A stretch of 64,000 nucleotides of DNA from the human T2T-CHM13v2.0 reference genome, Homo sapiens. The position numbers were made by a program, and so were the translations under genes. The DNA lies in NCBI RefSeq assembly GCF_009914755.1, contig NC_060940.1, one strand, 5' to 3'. Shown here in pieces: positions 1 to 16,172 of this stretch (its first letter is position 1; each line of letters begins with the position of its first letter). The notes under the pieces are model-generated. The model worked only from the letters and a program-made list of their open reading frames with translations. It was not told the DNA's origin and made no database searches.

Positions 1-1796
1 AATCACTTGCAATCTCACTCCTCTGAAGTCATCAATGTTAACACCTCAACATTTTCCCCTCTGTGAACATCTCCACCTAGCACATGCACAAGTTTATATT
101 TTATCACAGTAAATATACAATTTCATATTCTTTTCACTAAAAATAGCATAAGCAGGTGGACAATGAAAAAGGTCTTACTACATGTTATCCAACAGCCTTT
201 TTCATTTCCTCTTTTGCAAGCTGTCAGCTCACGCTGCTTGCCCATTTACCTTCTGGCTAAACCAAACACTCGCTTGGGACCAGCTCATGATGAGCATACT
301 TTACTTCTACCATTTATTTTTAGGAAATGAGAAAAATTCCATTCCAAAGCCATAAAGCTTTGGTTTACCAACATCCTTACATTAAAAGAGAAGTGGACAG
401 TCTTCTTATGTTCGATATTTAGAAACGACAAGGGTAAGGGCCTGCAGCAAGTGCCCAGCATGGGGCCGGAGAAATGCGCACATCTTCACGTTTCCCACAC
501 CAGGCAGCCTAAGAACGAAGGTCACTCAGCCCAGACGCAGGCCTCCAGATGACGCCCCACCCTGCCACCTGTTCCGCCTGTGTCTCTCTACACAGATGCA
601 TTTCTGCCAGCTGCTGAGAACTTCTTCATTAAAAGGCATGTGCTGGGTGCTAAGATTTTCATATTTTTTCAAACTATGCTTGGAATTCAAAAATTATACG
701 TCATTAAACTACATGCCCAACTCCTGGCCCACACAGATGAAAGTGTTAGTGTTACTGTCCGTGATTCCTGGACTATGTGGTAATTTAAACACTTCTTAGA
801 AAGAAAAAGCCTCATCACAACTCAGTCAGCAGTAGAAAAGGGTGAGTCACATTCTGTTTTTAGTGCATGATGTGACAAGACCCTACTACCACAGAAGTAC
901 TCCCGCAAAAATTCTTTGAGATACAAAGCAAAAACCAAGGGAATGATTCAATAGATATGAAGGAAACACTCTCCTAGAGAAACATGACAAGCTGAATCGC
1001 AAAAGGGAGGCAGGAAATTAAAACAGCAAACGTCATACATGCGAGCCAGGGAACTCCCTAAATGATGCTGCAGACACTTTCCCCTGGAGAGAAGATACTG
1101 TCAAAGTCATGTGAGTGGGTCCCCAAAAGGACTCAACTTTCTAAAAACCAAAGGGAATCTATAAAAAGGGAGCAAACATCCAGTGTATTAGGCTCTAAAG
1201 GACCAAGAGTTAATTTCTTTTTCCACTAAAACATCTGCATCTACGTTTACTAACTGGAAGTCCGCTCCCCCTTGTTAATGTCCTGCTTGCAGGGGCTTCC
1301 GGGGTAGTTGCCGTTAAGAACTGCACCTGGAATACTGATTAGGCAAGTGTGAAAAAATCAAGCGACCATCCCATGGCGGACGTTCACAGCAGTCTGCACG
1401 CATGGGAGAAAACCCCTTTGTAGGCCTCCTGGAATCCGAGAAAAGGACGTGCCATGGGTAAGAAAGCCACCCTGTCCTCTGTACGAGAGGGATGAGGAGC
1501 TGCTGGGAGGCCAACTGAGAGACAAGCAAGTGGAAGGCTTGGGGCAGGCAGGGCTCCACAGATTCTCTGCTGTTTTGCCCCACACAAACATTGCACCACT
1601 GCACTCCAGCCAGGGCAACAGAAGAATCCTGTCAGTCTCTGCGTCCTCCATATGTTCATACAGGCCATGAAAGCTAAGAATTCTCACGGCCACATTCAAG
1701 CTCGGGTAAGAGATAGACTGGGAAAAACAACCTTTAAAAGATCCATACCACACATAACATCCTGACACTACAACCCTTTTATGTCCCTAAGGACAC

Positions 1797-2098
1797 TTTT
1801 TTTTTTTTTTTTTTTTTGAGGCAGAGCCTCGCTCTGTCACCCAGGTTGGAGTGCAGTGGTGTGATCTTGGCTCACTGCAACCTCCGCATCCCAGGTTCAA
1901 GAGATTCTCGTGCCTCAGCCTCAGAGTAGCTGGGATTACAAGCATATGTCACCATGCCTGGCTAATTTTTGTATTTTTTGTACTGATGGGGTTTCACCAT
2001 GTCGGCCAGGCTGGTCTCAACCTCTTGAGCTCAAGCAATCTGCCTGCCTCAGCCTCCCAAAGTGCTGGGATTACAGGCATGAGCCACCACGCCTGGTT
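1797..2098 (-). mobile_element. Alu
   Basis: Poly-T followed by full reverse-complement Alu dimer. Confidence 0.95.
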
Positions 2099-2212
2099 CC
2101 TAAGGGAACATTTTTTGAACATAATGAATGATTTACATCTTAAACCCATTTCATTTTCAGACCTCCACAAAAGAATCCCAACTGCCCACCAGTGACAAAA
2201 ATTTGGCATTAC

Positions 2213-2293
2213 CTGTTGCAGGGAAAAAACAAGACAGTAGGAAGACGATCGACCATAAATTCCCAAGGAAGGTCATTCTGAGACACGTCAATC
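2213..2293 (-). CDS. TXNDC11: TXNDC11 exon 11; gene continues beyond window start
   Basis: Acceptor tttaccag|G, donor AG|gtaatg; 81 nt; [26 protein letters not shown]; no stop reached. Confidence 0.96.
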
Positions 2294-3128
2294 CTGGTAA
2301 AGGGAAAGAACAGAAATGGCAGATGATCAGCCCAAGAAACACCAACTTGAAAGAACCTTCTCAGATAACTTCAAGAACCTGGTGCATTTTTTACACCCCA
2401 CATTGGGCTAGTCCCTTCTCGATGAATGTACTACCAGGTGTGAGCTGGGCGCTGATACTTCCAAGACATACAACATTCTACTACGTGGACGCTTTCCACT
2501 GAGTGGCAATGTGATGTCCTGAAAGTAAAAATGAACTTGCAGAAAATGCCGCACTGACACCTGAGGAGTCATTCACTCCTCACCTGACAGGATCTAGCCA
2601 AGTATTTTAATCCCTGAATAGCTCTGGGAAAAGAAAGGAAATCATTGAGCAAAATACATCAAGCCCCTCTGAAGATGGAAAATTATACCCTCTTTATGTT
2701 GTAAATCTGGATAGAGACCAAAAACAGCCTATTTTCTTAGCAGATTTGACATTAATTTTCTAATACAGAAAATGACATCTGTACTAACTCACCCAGCCTG
2801 TGCTCAATCACTGTGGGAGCTAACCGCAACTGCTCTAGAGGCCTGCCCCGGGCAGCTGGCACAGAGCTGGGCACACAGCTGGGCGCCCACACTCGGGCTA
2901 AGCAGACATGGAGCCACAACAGCATCCTTTATGGAAGGGGCTGCATCCTCCTTGCGGAGGGGCTATTCAGCTACTATTCATAAACAGTGCACACAAAAGA
3001 TGAACATGTTTTCAATCTTTACCTTGACAGAAGTTTTTAGAAAGCATAACTGGGGGGAGTGAGGGTGCGGTAAGTGTCATGTATGTGTCCAAAAGGATGA
3101 AATTTGCTTTTCAAAAAATGGCACAACC

Positions 3129-3770
<642 letters not shown>

Positions 3771-4011
3771 TTACTAACAAAACAGCACTCCTGCCTCACC
3801 TGTGCCAGCCTACCTAAAACATTAGTGTTCCTTTCTAAACAAGTGGGAGTGAACACTATATTCCATAATTAAATGCTTTTTCTCACTTGATTCTTACTTC
3901 AAAGAAAGCAAACTATAAAATTAAAACATTGTAAAAATCCACTCAGAATTCCATTGGGCTAAATAAGGCCCCCCTTTCTTATGCAGGCTGCAGGCTTGGT
4001 CTATATGCTTA

Positions 4012-4393
<382 letters not shown>

Positions 4394-5904
4394 TAAAAAT
4401 TCCATTAAATGCCCAGCCATAATTTACTTAAACATTCATCTCCTGGTGGATGTAAACAATGCTATAATGATGAGCTCATGCTTCTTCGGAATTCCTATTC
4501 CATTACTTCTCCAAAGTAAAATTAACTGGGTCAAAAATGTGTTAACTGTTTTTGTTGATTTCTTGTAAATGTTGCCAAAATGCTTTCCAAAAGAGTTATG
4601 GCAATGTACTCATTCCATTAGATACATCTGACTGCAGTTTCCATTTTATTTTATCAACACAAGATTCTGTCACTTAAAACCACTGATTACTTTAATATGT
4701 TAAATGATACTTTGTTACTGTTTTAATTTACATTTATTAGGTTATAATTTCCCCACTTGTTTATTTACTCTCTCCTCTTAAAAGAAAAACCTGCTCACAT
4801 CCTTTGTTCAGAATGGAATCGGTCTCAGCCATCTTCTAAACCATTTTAATTTCCGGGGAGGCTGGAGTATGAATGCCTGATTTAATCCTGGCCCCTCATT
4901 TGCAGCTTGAAACTCTGGGCAACTTGTCGAATCTTTCTATGTCTCAGTTTCCTCCTCAACACAAATAGCACTTTCTTTTTTTAACTAGAGTGCCTTCACT
5001 AAGCGTCGCAAGGACTCAGTCAGGTAATATGTATATCAAAAACTCTCCCAACATAGTAACTCCTCAGATTTGATTCTAATTATTACTTACAGTGCATATA
5101 ACAGGTGACACAGAGACACTGGAAAATATATTAATGGTCCCCCTTTTTGTCTGCTTTCCCTGTTTTCACTGCACGTATTTCTAGTGGAATCTGTCCATTT
5201 TTCTCTCTTTATTTTTCCAACTGCTTCCACTTTGGAAAGTTTCCATCTCCCAGAGGAATCAGCAAATCCTATTTTTTGTTTTGATTTTTTTATATTTAAC
5301 TCTTATCTATCTGTAGGGTTTTGGGGGAGGTGGGGGGTTAAATGTGAACAGTTTTCCTCACCCAAAACTGCTTACTACCCCATCTAAAGACTCTGTATTT
5401 GAGCCTTCTTTTCCCAAAAAATATTTTTAAAAATTTTGTTTACTCAAAAGCGCACATACAGTACCCATGGAATCACAATACCAGAATGTGGATATCTATT
5501 GGTCTTTCCTTTTAATTTCACAAATGAGATAAACCAGGGCTGGTGGAGAGATCTGCTTGGGATCCCAGGACCCACTGGCATTGCCTGGGGCAACTGTCCC
5601 ATGGTATTCCACGGGGCCATCCTGGCAACCAGGTCAGTGCTCTCCCCACAGAACTGCACTCAGCCACCTACGAATCTAGTCAGGGCTAAACATCAACATC
5701 ATGGAAGGAACACTCAGAATTCATGAGGAAAAGTTCAGTTTCAAAGAGGCTTTGCTCATGGCTTCAACCTGACAATTAAATTCAGCCAAGTCCTACCAAA
5801 GGTTAATGGAAAATGGGCAGACCCTCACACACCATATGGCTAAGCTGCAAATAAGAGTGAAAATGGGCATACAGCCCAAAGCGCTGCAGAAGAGGCCTGC
5901 TTAC

Positions 5905-6014
5905 CTTGCCACAGTGAATGTGTCCATGGGCAGGTTCCGAGCTAGCTGGATGAAGATGTGATTGAGGGATGGACAGAAGCCGCACCACGGAGCGTAATAG
6001 AGCAGGAGAACGTC
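5905..6014 (-). CDS. TXNDC11: TXNDC11 exon 10 (thioredoxin active site WCGFC at 5973-5984; first Cys = residue 692 without the cassette exon)
   Basis: Acceptor cccacag|GAC, donor AG|gtaagc; 110 nt; [36 protein letters not shown]. Confidence 0.97.
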
Positions 6015-6350
6015 CTGTGGGAAAGGGAAGACAGATGTTACTTGCACCGGGAAATGGGCTCTTCTTCATTTCTTTCCTCATTGCTTAGAATCCAGCAAGC
6101 ACCCGAAAAATGCTACCTATGCAAATATTACAGTGAAAATTTTCATCTTTAGGTCTTTCCAATACTGTGCTTTCTGGAGCACTTTTCTGAAATTTAAAAA
6201 CCACATGTAATTCATTCACGGTCCATAATTGGGCCATCACGTGGTTACTCTTCTATACATCAAAAACAGCTGCTCACCCCAACAACTGTAGTTTGGAAAT
6301 TATTTTAAGAGGGACAGATGGCTTAACTTTTGCCTCTCATGACTCCATAC

Positions 6351-6493
6351 CTGTTTTTGAAGGACTACTTCCCAAAAGGTATCAGTTGTCACTTCAGTGA
6401 TTAAATGCTGAGACGGGAACTGGGCAGAGCCACTTCCAATGAGATGCCTTTTCAAGGGACTATAGAGAACGCTGAAGTTTTGAATAAAAGACT
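6351..6493 (-). CDS. TXNDC11: TXNDC11 exon 9
   Basis: Acceptor tttttag|AG, donor CAG|gtatgg; 143 nt; [47 protein letters not shown]. Confidence 0.96.
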
Positions 6494-7128
6494 CTAAAAA
6501 TAAAGAGAAAATGAGATCAACTCTCCTCTAGATACAAAGAGAATAGCTGGCCTACTTTTAAACTCCACATTTTAAAAACTCAAATGACTTCATAGGCTCA
6601 CATTTTTAACATTTCACCTATCAGCAAAACCCCAAACAAAGCTGCCCGGGTGGCATCAGGTTTAGCTCTGGTAGTATTAACTCAGCAGACAGTAATGTGG
6701 ATAACAAAACACTATGCAATGTTAGATGCTCTAATATTCATAGACTATTCTTTTTTTAAAAGGACTGGTCCACAAATAGACACCAAGTGAGACTGTATAA
6801 ATCATCAACAAGCCACCATCTTTTCAAGAAATTTCACCCTATAATACTAAGACCTTTAAGCTTAACCACAAATGTGACAACTGCACAAGCTACAGTAGTG
6901 TGGAATGTGTTTAAATGCTCATTAATTTGAGGACAAGGAGCTACAGTTTTTTGTTTCCTTTATTAAGGTTCTTTAAGTTTCTTTTTTTAAAGGTTAAGAA
7001 AAAATTATATGTAGTGGAAAAATACATAAAACCCATAATAATCAAAAACCTGATTTGAACCAACAGTTTTACCACAAATTCTGCCATCTTCAGAGTCCTT
7101 TGCTTCATCTGAAACAATACTAATTTGA

Positions 7129-7419
<291 letters not shown>

Positions 7420-8547
7420 TGATCAGCATCTGAGAAACACTTAGTTGGCTATGTTTTTGAAACATGAAACCAAGAATTATTTCCTAATCTGAATAAAGCC
7501 TAAATTCTGAAACTAGCCTAGAGACAGCTGATTTATGAGTTAAGTCTCTAAACCAACAATGACACACAGTAGGTGTTTTTTACAAGCTCCCTAAGAATTC
7601 TGTCACTAACTGCAGGACAAAGAACAGCTAGGCTAAACATTTCAGAGAAGATACAGAAGATGGAAAGAAATCTAAAGAAGGCTTCTTTCAATTACCCTTA
7701 AATTCAAAGTGAACACATTATGAGGTCATTAAACACTTGAGCATTACTGAATGGAATTCAGGAAAATCTAATACAGACTACCTCAAAAATACATGCTTGT
7801 AGGAACACTGACCCCATTTCTCTGGAGTCTCTTTCCCATTTAAAAAAAAAATGCTTGTTTCATTTTAAGAAAGCTCAACACATCAAAATGACTTTAGATA
7901 ACATGAATTGGGAGTAATCTATAATATCGACAGATTTATGCCCTTCAAAAAGTGACTGGTCACAGGGTTCTTTTACACAGTGAGGAACTCTTGGATTTAT
8001 AATATGTAACTTGATATAGAAAAATCAATATTTACATAAAGCCTTTTCACAAATGTGTCTAATGTAAGAAACAAGCTTCACCTAGATTTGAAAGAGGATG
8101 GCTAAAAAGACTCATATGTAGAAGCTCTGAGTCTACTGTTGAGTTCATACTTTAAAACTTGAAATGAAAGGTTTCCTTCCCTACCAAATTCCTCCTTTCT
8201 CCATTCGGCATACACTGACCCTCCCTCCCGTTTCCAATGAGGCTGAACTAACGTGGCTTTTGAATTCTCACTTCATTGTGTGTAGTCAAGGGCATCAGCA
8301 AATTCCTGGGAACAGGCCAGGGTGGGTCAGCCCAATGTTGCTGCCAAGTCCCAGGGGCAAGCTCTGGGTGCTTTCTCATCATGGAGCCTTACTCCTCAAA
8401 AAGTGGGTTTTGCTGGTTTGCGACTGACACTTATTTATTTGCACTTTACACTTGTTACAGTGTAGGTACCCCAGGTCCCAGCAATATTACTCAGTACATT
8501 ATGAAACAGCAGCAGAACAAATTAGGTCTGGTGGCCTTGATCCTTAG

Positions 8548-8907
<360 letters not shown>

Positions 8908-9337
8908 ACTGCTTTCTCTTTAAGCTCCTTTAGAACAAAGCTGCTGTCAAGGCTCACTTTCATCAGCCCCTAGGACATCCCACCAGAATAGCTCTCCACC
9001 TCCCTGCCTGTTCTAGTCCCCAAGTCCCCACTGCCTGCAGCTGGTTCTACCTTAGACATGTGACAGAAATCGCCAATTTAGAAAGTGGGACTCTTACCCC
9101 CACCATGGGCTAAATGACAAACTTATCCAAAATTCAGAGTGAGGAAGTTTCTGTTCCATTTAATAGACAAAATTAGCTTCTTTGAAAATTATGACTGATG
9201 GTGGTCTAAAGACTTAAAATGAGCTACGAAGGTGACATCACCCCACAACTAAATGTAATGAGAGCCATCAATAAAATTTACCCATATGAAGTCAAGCAAA
9301 ATGTACAATGCTTGGGGAAATAAACTGCCTGCAGTAC

Positions 9338-10130
9338 CTAGGGTGAGCTTCATCAGTGCTTGCTTTGGATCCAAGATGTAATGAGATTCTTCTTTCACGT
9401 CAACAATTGCCGCAAATTCTTTCACCTGAGTGGAGCTCGGAGCACCCAGTCTCTCTGCATATAACCAAAACAAATTTGAATCCAAAAGGTAGATGTTGAG
9501 AGTCTTGTTGGTTCTGCAGCTCAGGCCTGTGAAGTTTGTGCTAGTCATGTCCACTTCTGGAAAGAGATACCTGTTCTCCTCAATGTGAGGAACGGAGCTT
9601 GGGGCATCAACCTCACATTTCTTCTCAAGGGAAGAAAATGCAACAGTAGGGGCTTCAAAGACACCTTGTTCAGAGTCGATGAAGCCTGACACACCCCTGC
9701 TTATGGTCCTGCAACATGCAGTGTAGTAGCTGAAGGGGCTATAGGAAGTTAAAAAATTGCTGCATTCTATGCTGTCTGATGCCACATGATAAAAGGTCTG
9801 CTCCTTGAGGTAGAAAGAATCCAGAGCTGCTGCCATTTCAAAAAAGCTGCACTGTGGCACGCTGACCGAGCTCGGCTTCATGCCCCCGGAGGTCTGGTTG
9901 ACACAGAGTTCACAGACGTTGTGGGTCCTGGAGAAGGAGTGCCACTGGGGCAGCACCACAGTGTTGCAGCAGGGGGACGCTGTGATCGTTGGCGGGTCTG
10001 GCAGCTGTGCCGGCACTTCCAGGGCCAGGGACTCCAGCACTGGAGCATCCACCCGCCGCAGGTGCTGAAGGAGACGCTCCACCACCTGGTCCCCATGACA
10101 GTTGTTGTACTCCAAGGCCACTTCGGTGAT
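9338..10130 (-). CDS. TXNDC11: TXNDC11 exon 8 (large, Cys-rich internal exon)
   Basis: Acceptor tatttcag|ATC, donor G|gtactg; 793 nt; covers most of ORF 9249..10121 ([14 protein letters not shown]...LMKLTL). Confidence 0.97.
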
Positions 10131-10182
10131 CTGAAATACAGGGCAGAGTTGGTGAAGGGCTTGGGGATGACTGAGGGACTAG

Positions 10183-10745
10183 CACCCCGTTAGCCACGTT
10201 TCACTTTCTGTAATTTCAGTTATCCATGGTCAACTCCGGTTCAAAAATACTAAATGGAAAATTCCAGAAATAAACAAGTCGTAAGTTTTAAACTACATGT
10301 CGCTCTGAGTAGTGTGATGAAATTTTTGCCATTACAAAAACTGCGAGCCATCCCTTTGTCCAGCGTGTCCATGCTGTGGATGCTGCCAGCCTGTTACTTA
10401 GTAGCCAACGCAGTTATCAGATCAACTGTCTCAGTATCACAGTGCTTGTCTTCAAGTAACCCTTTATTTATTAGAAGGGCCCCCAAAGTGTAAGGATAGT
10501 GATGCTGGCAATTCAGATATGCCAAAGAGAAGCCAAAAATGCTTCCTTTAAGTGAAACGGCAAAAGTCTCAATAAGGAAAAAAAAAGAGGTAAGGATGTT
10601 AAGATCTTCGGTAAGAACGAATCTTCTACCCATGAAATTGTGAAGAAAAGTGAAATTCGTGTGTAGTATATACAGGGTTCAGTACCATCTGTGGTTTCAG
10701 GCATTCATTGGGGGTCTTGGAACGTATCACCAAGAATACGCAGCA
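10183..10745 (+). mobile_element. MER44-like TcMar-Tigger DNA transposon deletion derivative
   Basis: Resembles recalled MER44 consensus (aaatggaaaattccagaaataaacaa; gatgctggcaattcagatatgccaaagagaagcc). Confidence 0.8.
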
Positions 10746-12115
10746 GGGTAGATGAGAGTGCAGGGGGAGATGGTTACTATATTTTTAAAAATACAACCCC
10801 AGGCATGGCACTCCTGGGCCAAATGGTACGCTGCCCATGAGATAAAACCTCCACACAATCTGGCCCGTTTGGCTTTCCAGTCTCACCCTACCCTCTTCAG
10901 AACAGACCAGGCCCTCCTGCAATGCCACACCTTTACGGAGTCCTGGCTGGGGACACCGGCTCCTCCATCTGTTCCCAAGGCCCAGCACCAGGGCAGCTGC
11001 TTCAGGGAAGCTAGTCCTACTCCCACTCCAGGAAGAGCTAGTTTTTGCACCTCCAGTGTCCCTGAGACCCCTTCTACAGTCTCACAAGCTTCTGCTGAGA
11101 CATCCCTCTTCCCCACAAACTTACAGAACCTCACAGGCAGAAGCCACATTGGATTTATCCTGCCATCCCCGGGGCCTAGCACAGGGCCAGGCACATAACA
11201 AATGCTCAGTAAACCCCTGATGAATGAGTGGCAGCTCAGGGTAATGCACACAATCCTCTGTCTTGGTGAGATTTGCCACTTTACCGTCAAGCCAGTATTG
11301 GCAATTTGAATTTATATTTTATTCTAAGATTCTTCCATTTCCAAAAAGAATATTTCGTTACCCACCTCCCATTCTGGTTTCCTGAGAAAGACATGTAAGT
11401 TATAATCCAAAGGCATTTACTCTCTAAAACAGAAGAGTCTGTCAACTTGAATCAAATCTCACCACAGTTAGTTACAGGGTGCTGTCACTCAGGATTTTGT
11501 TTCGCTGTGTGTGTGTGTGTGTCTGTGTGTCTGCATGTGTAAAACAATTCAATGAGTGTAATTTCCAATTTAAAAACACAAGTTTTATAAAAATAAAAAT
11601 AAAAAAGTTTTATAACGTAATATTTATAGTTAATTCAAAACATACATATTTGTACACAAAAATAAATTGTTTCAATAGTTCTCGGCATAAAAAAAGTCAC
11701 TTTATAACCCACCAGAAAACTACTGGGTCAAGAAAAGAAGTCACTTTAGATGATAGGCCAGTGCTTGAAATTTTATTTCCCCTGCACAAAAACATCTCAG
11801 TGGTTTTTGGATGAGGCTCTGACAGCATGCAGTACTAACAAGGTCAAGCCTATATAATCCGTGAAGAGCCCAGATGCCCTCTGGCCCCATCCTGGTACTG
11901 TTTTAGATTCAAAGACGCAGTAATAGACAACTACTCCCACCCACTCCCGCAAAAACCTCCATAAGACTTCACGATTTACTGTAATCTTTTACAGAAGTCC
12001 AAGTAGGAGATCATTAATTATATTATAGAGAAGAAAATTCCTTGAAAAATCTTTCTTCATCTCTTTTAGCTTCAGTATCTCATAAACAAAGCAGCCACGT
12101 AAAGAATATTTTTAA

Positions 12116-12800
<685 letters not shown>

Positions 12801-13798
12801 AGCAATGCTCTTAAAGAGTTAGGCATTATCATTTTTCTCCTATGAAGGGGAATTTATGTTTCTATTCCTTTTACCTAACAGGCAGTTTTGAAAACACAAC
12901 TCATGTCACATTCTGTGTATCACTTGATGTCATTTATTTCATGTGAATAATTAAGGAAATCTTGGCAAATAACTGTTCGCACAGTAGATGTTTCCTTCTA
13001 TTTTCTTTAATCAGGGAAATCTGTGAGCCTGAACATGCTAACCACGCCTTTGCTTACCAGATTCAGACGATGTGAATGCCTCAAATAAACACCTTTAAAA
13101 TAGGAAACAAGTCACGAAGACTCTTTGCTGGCTGAGGTAAGCATTTCCTTTGATTAACAAGTTGTGTAATACACACTGTGATGTCTTATAACCTCTCTAG
13201 AACTCTCTAGAGACACCAGGGTGTCAGTGGCCTCACGCCAGTGTCAGGATCTGTACTTTTGCATGTGTGTGTGGGTACACATGCAGGTATGCATGTGTGT
13301 AGAAGCAGCTACCCACTATGGGCTTGGTGCGGCCACCATATGGTCACTCCTGACTGGCATCCTACATGCACCACAGCACAACTGTCCAGAATGTTGGTGC
13401 TTGGTATGCCCCCAACTCTATTCCACTCACTCTAAGATGACCTCTCTCTTCTCAACAATGCAAGCATCCTCAAAGTTCTGCCCAATATTAGGCCTAAGGT
13501 GGTAATGAAAAAGTAAAGCCACCTAACTCTTTCGTGGTCAACAAGCTAATGAATTTACAGCTCATCTTGCGTAAGTACAGCGTTCATCCTTCCCACCTTA
13601 CCCAAAGGCTTCTTCATCTCTAGTCACTGTGTCACAGTTTCCCCGATCATAGACCCTACTTTCCACCCTCCACCTCTACCACCCAAGTTCAGGTTCTTAC
13701 TACTTCGCAGTTTTCTGGAACCCTCCTGCCAGAAAAACGTTCGTAATGATAACGCACAGCCCTGGCTGCATCTCTTCACTGTCAGTAAGACTTGTATG

Positions 13799-14087
13799 GG
13801 CCAGGTGCAGTGGCTCATGCCTGTAATCCCAACACTTTAGGAGGCCAAGGAAGACCGATCGCTTGAGCCCAGGGCTTTTGAAACCTGCCTGGGTAACATG
13901 GCGAAACCCCATCTCTACAGAAAAATACAAAAATTAGCCAGGCGTAGAGGCGTGCACCTGTAGTCCCAGCTACTTGGGAGGCTGAGATGGGAGGATCACC
14001 CGAGCTCAGGAGGCAGTGAGCCGAGATCATGCCACTGTACTCCAACCTGGGCAACAAAGGAAGACCCTAACTCAAAAAAAAAAAAAA
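13799..14087 (+). mobile_element. AluJ-like
   Basis: Dimer with A tail; aagacttg flanking repeat. Confidence 0.9.
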
Positions 14088-15470
14088 GAGAAGACAAAGA
14101 CTTGGATGACTATGGTTAATCTTGAAATCCTCAGAGAAGTCCACAAGGCCCTCTCCTCCAAAGGCTTTTTCAAGATCTCTCCCCAGTTAGCCCTTCCTGC
14201 AGACCACAAAACCCGGCCTCCTTCCTAACACCTAAACCTGCAGCAACTCCCGTCCCTCATGTCTCTGCTCAGGGTCCTCCTTCCCGTAAGTTTTTCTCAA
14301 CCCATCAAGATCCTGGCTGCCCCTACAAGTCCGTCTCGAATACTTCACCCATCCAAAGCCTCTGCTAACTCCTCCCCTGCCCGGAACCCCGCTTTCTGAG
14401 ATGGCACCCTCCCTCCTCTGGTTCCTCCTGACCCTGGGCCTGATCGTCCTCTACTTTGAATTATAGGCAGGCTTTCACTCCCTGTACTGGACAAGCCTCT
14501 AAGACCACAGGACAAGATGGTGTCGCATCTATCCTTTCTCCCCTGGAGCTTCCCAGCACAGTGCTCAGTAAACATTTGCCAAACTGACCTGAAACAAAAA
14601 GGGAAATGTGCTGGACAGGCACTTTGCTTGTCTGAGTAATTCATAATACGGTGAGATGCCACCTCGTGTTCGGTCATCTCACCCACATGCTGAAGTTAAG
14701 GGAACGCACTCACCTCACAGAGACAATGGGAGCCCCAAAGAAAGGAGTCACAGGCAAAACCATGATAAAAAGGAGGCCTGTTGGTAGGTGGAGGATTTGC
14801 AGACTGCTGGAGGGGACACTCATTCAGAAACAACAGGCGAGAAAGAGTCTTCCCACCAGGTGCCTAAATCCAACCACAACCCTCTGGGCAGAGGCTGTGG
14901 GCTCCTGCCACAAAATACAACCCAGCCAGGACCCTGACACACCCAAACCAGACAGGAGAGAACTCTCCAAATCCACAACCACAGCCACACCACCTTGACC
15001 GAAAACCTTCCTTTCCTACAATGAGCTTTAAGGCTCTTAATATTAGATACAGTAAAGGCCTAGTCATTTGAAATGGTGCCTCAGTTCACAAAATATCCAT
15101 GTAGTGAAAATTTTCTAAAGAAATAGTTTTATTACTTTGAGTCCTCCCTAATTAGAGGGGAAGAAACAAAGCTATTTCATTTCTCTCCTCTTTCTTCCTC
15201 TAAACCAAAGAGCAGCATTCATTCAGAATACTCCCCAGAGGGAATCATAACTTGAGCAAAAAGACTCCAGCACAGCAAAGGGAGGGATCCACCTGGGCGA
15301 GAAGTCCTGCCTCCCTGTCCCTCCAGGCAGGAGGCCAGGCCAGCGCTGAGGGGCTCAGGTCTGCTTAGCTGGCCAGTGGTACACTGGCTGTCTGAAATTG
15401 GTTTTGGCCAATTAAGGGATCCTTGAGGGAGTGAAAAAATAAAAACCTCAGTAAATGCAATTTTGCCACC

Positions 15471-15540
15471 CCAGGCTCGCTCTGCATACTGTGCCTGCTG
15501 TCTCTCCAGGCTCGCTCTGCAAAATGTGCCTGCTGTCTCT
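15471..15540. repeat. 35-bp tandem duplication (2 copies, 2 mismatches)
   Basis: ccaggctcgctctgca(tac/aaa)tgtgcctgctgtctct x2. Confidence 0.9.
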
Positions 15541-16172
15541 GAGCGCCTCCAAATGCTCCGTGTGGAAAATAAACTCACGCCCAGAGCAGGCGCACCAGAT
15601 GAAGCCGAAGACAGGCAGGAACAGCAGGCTCCGATGGCGCTGCCTCTGAAAACCACTCTGGCTTCTGCACGACAGGGAAGGTTCAGAGAAACAAGGTGTC
15701 CCAACATCGCTGCTGCTGCTCGCTCTCCTCTGCTGTCCTGAGGATGGCCAGGGCTGGCAGTCTGGCCAAACCCCCAAGACAATGGCATCTCCTAGGCCAC
15801 ACTAAACTCGGCCTGTGTTCCTGCCACTCCCTGTTTCACCCCCTAAACAGGAAGCTCAACAGCAGCCACATCAGAAGAGGGCATTTGGTCCTTCTCTAGA
15901 AGGGCACGGTGTGGCTTCCCTGCCTCTTCCCACTCACTCCAGACACCAACAGCTGTCAATAAATATGGCCAGAGAGGCTGCGGCAGTCCCTGTCCTAGAC
16001 ACGGGCTCTCTCCTGCCCATATGGAGGGGCAAAGAGCAATGCTCAGAGCCACAGCTGCCCCTCGTGGCAGCCATTAGCTGCCAGAGTAAATGACTGAGTG
16101 TGGGATGAGAGGAGCCAGGTAGATGAGGCTTTCCTACTCCTCATGAGGTGCTTTTCACATCACAGCTCTTAC

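Noticed and set aside
283-296. Palindrome gctcatgatgagc containing a C-box-like ATGATGA
   Set aside because: Antisense to the host gene, with no matching D box or terminal stem; not a snoRNA
1590-1635. Isolated fragment of about 40 bp resembling an Alu 3' end
   Set aside because: Truncated relic with no tail or TSD; no functional cue
2850-2900. Short repeated agctgg(g)cac units with CAGCTG E-boxes
   Set aside because: Too short and degenerate to distinguish from slippage
9786-10197. Extra ORFs overlapping exon 8 on both strands
   Set aside because: Shadows of the real coding exon
15219-15788. 189-aa minus-strand intronic ORF
   Set aside because: Non-ATG start, no recognisable homology, GC-rich context; exons 7 and 8 join in frame without it
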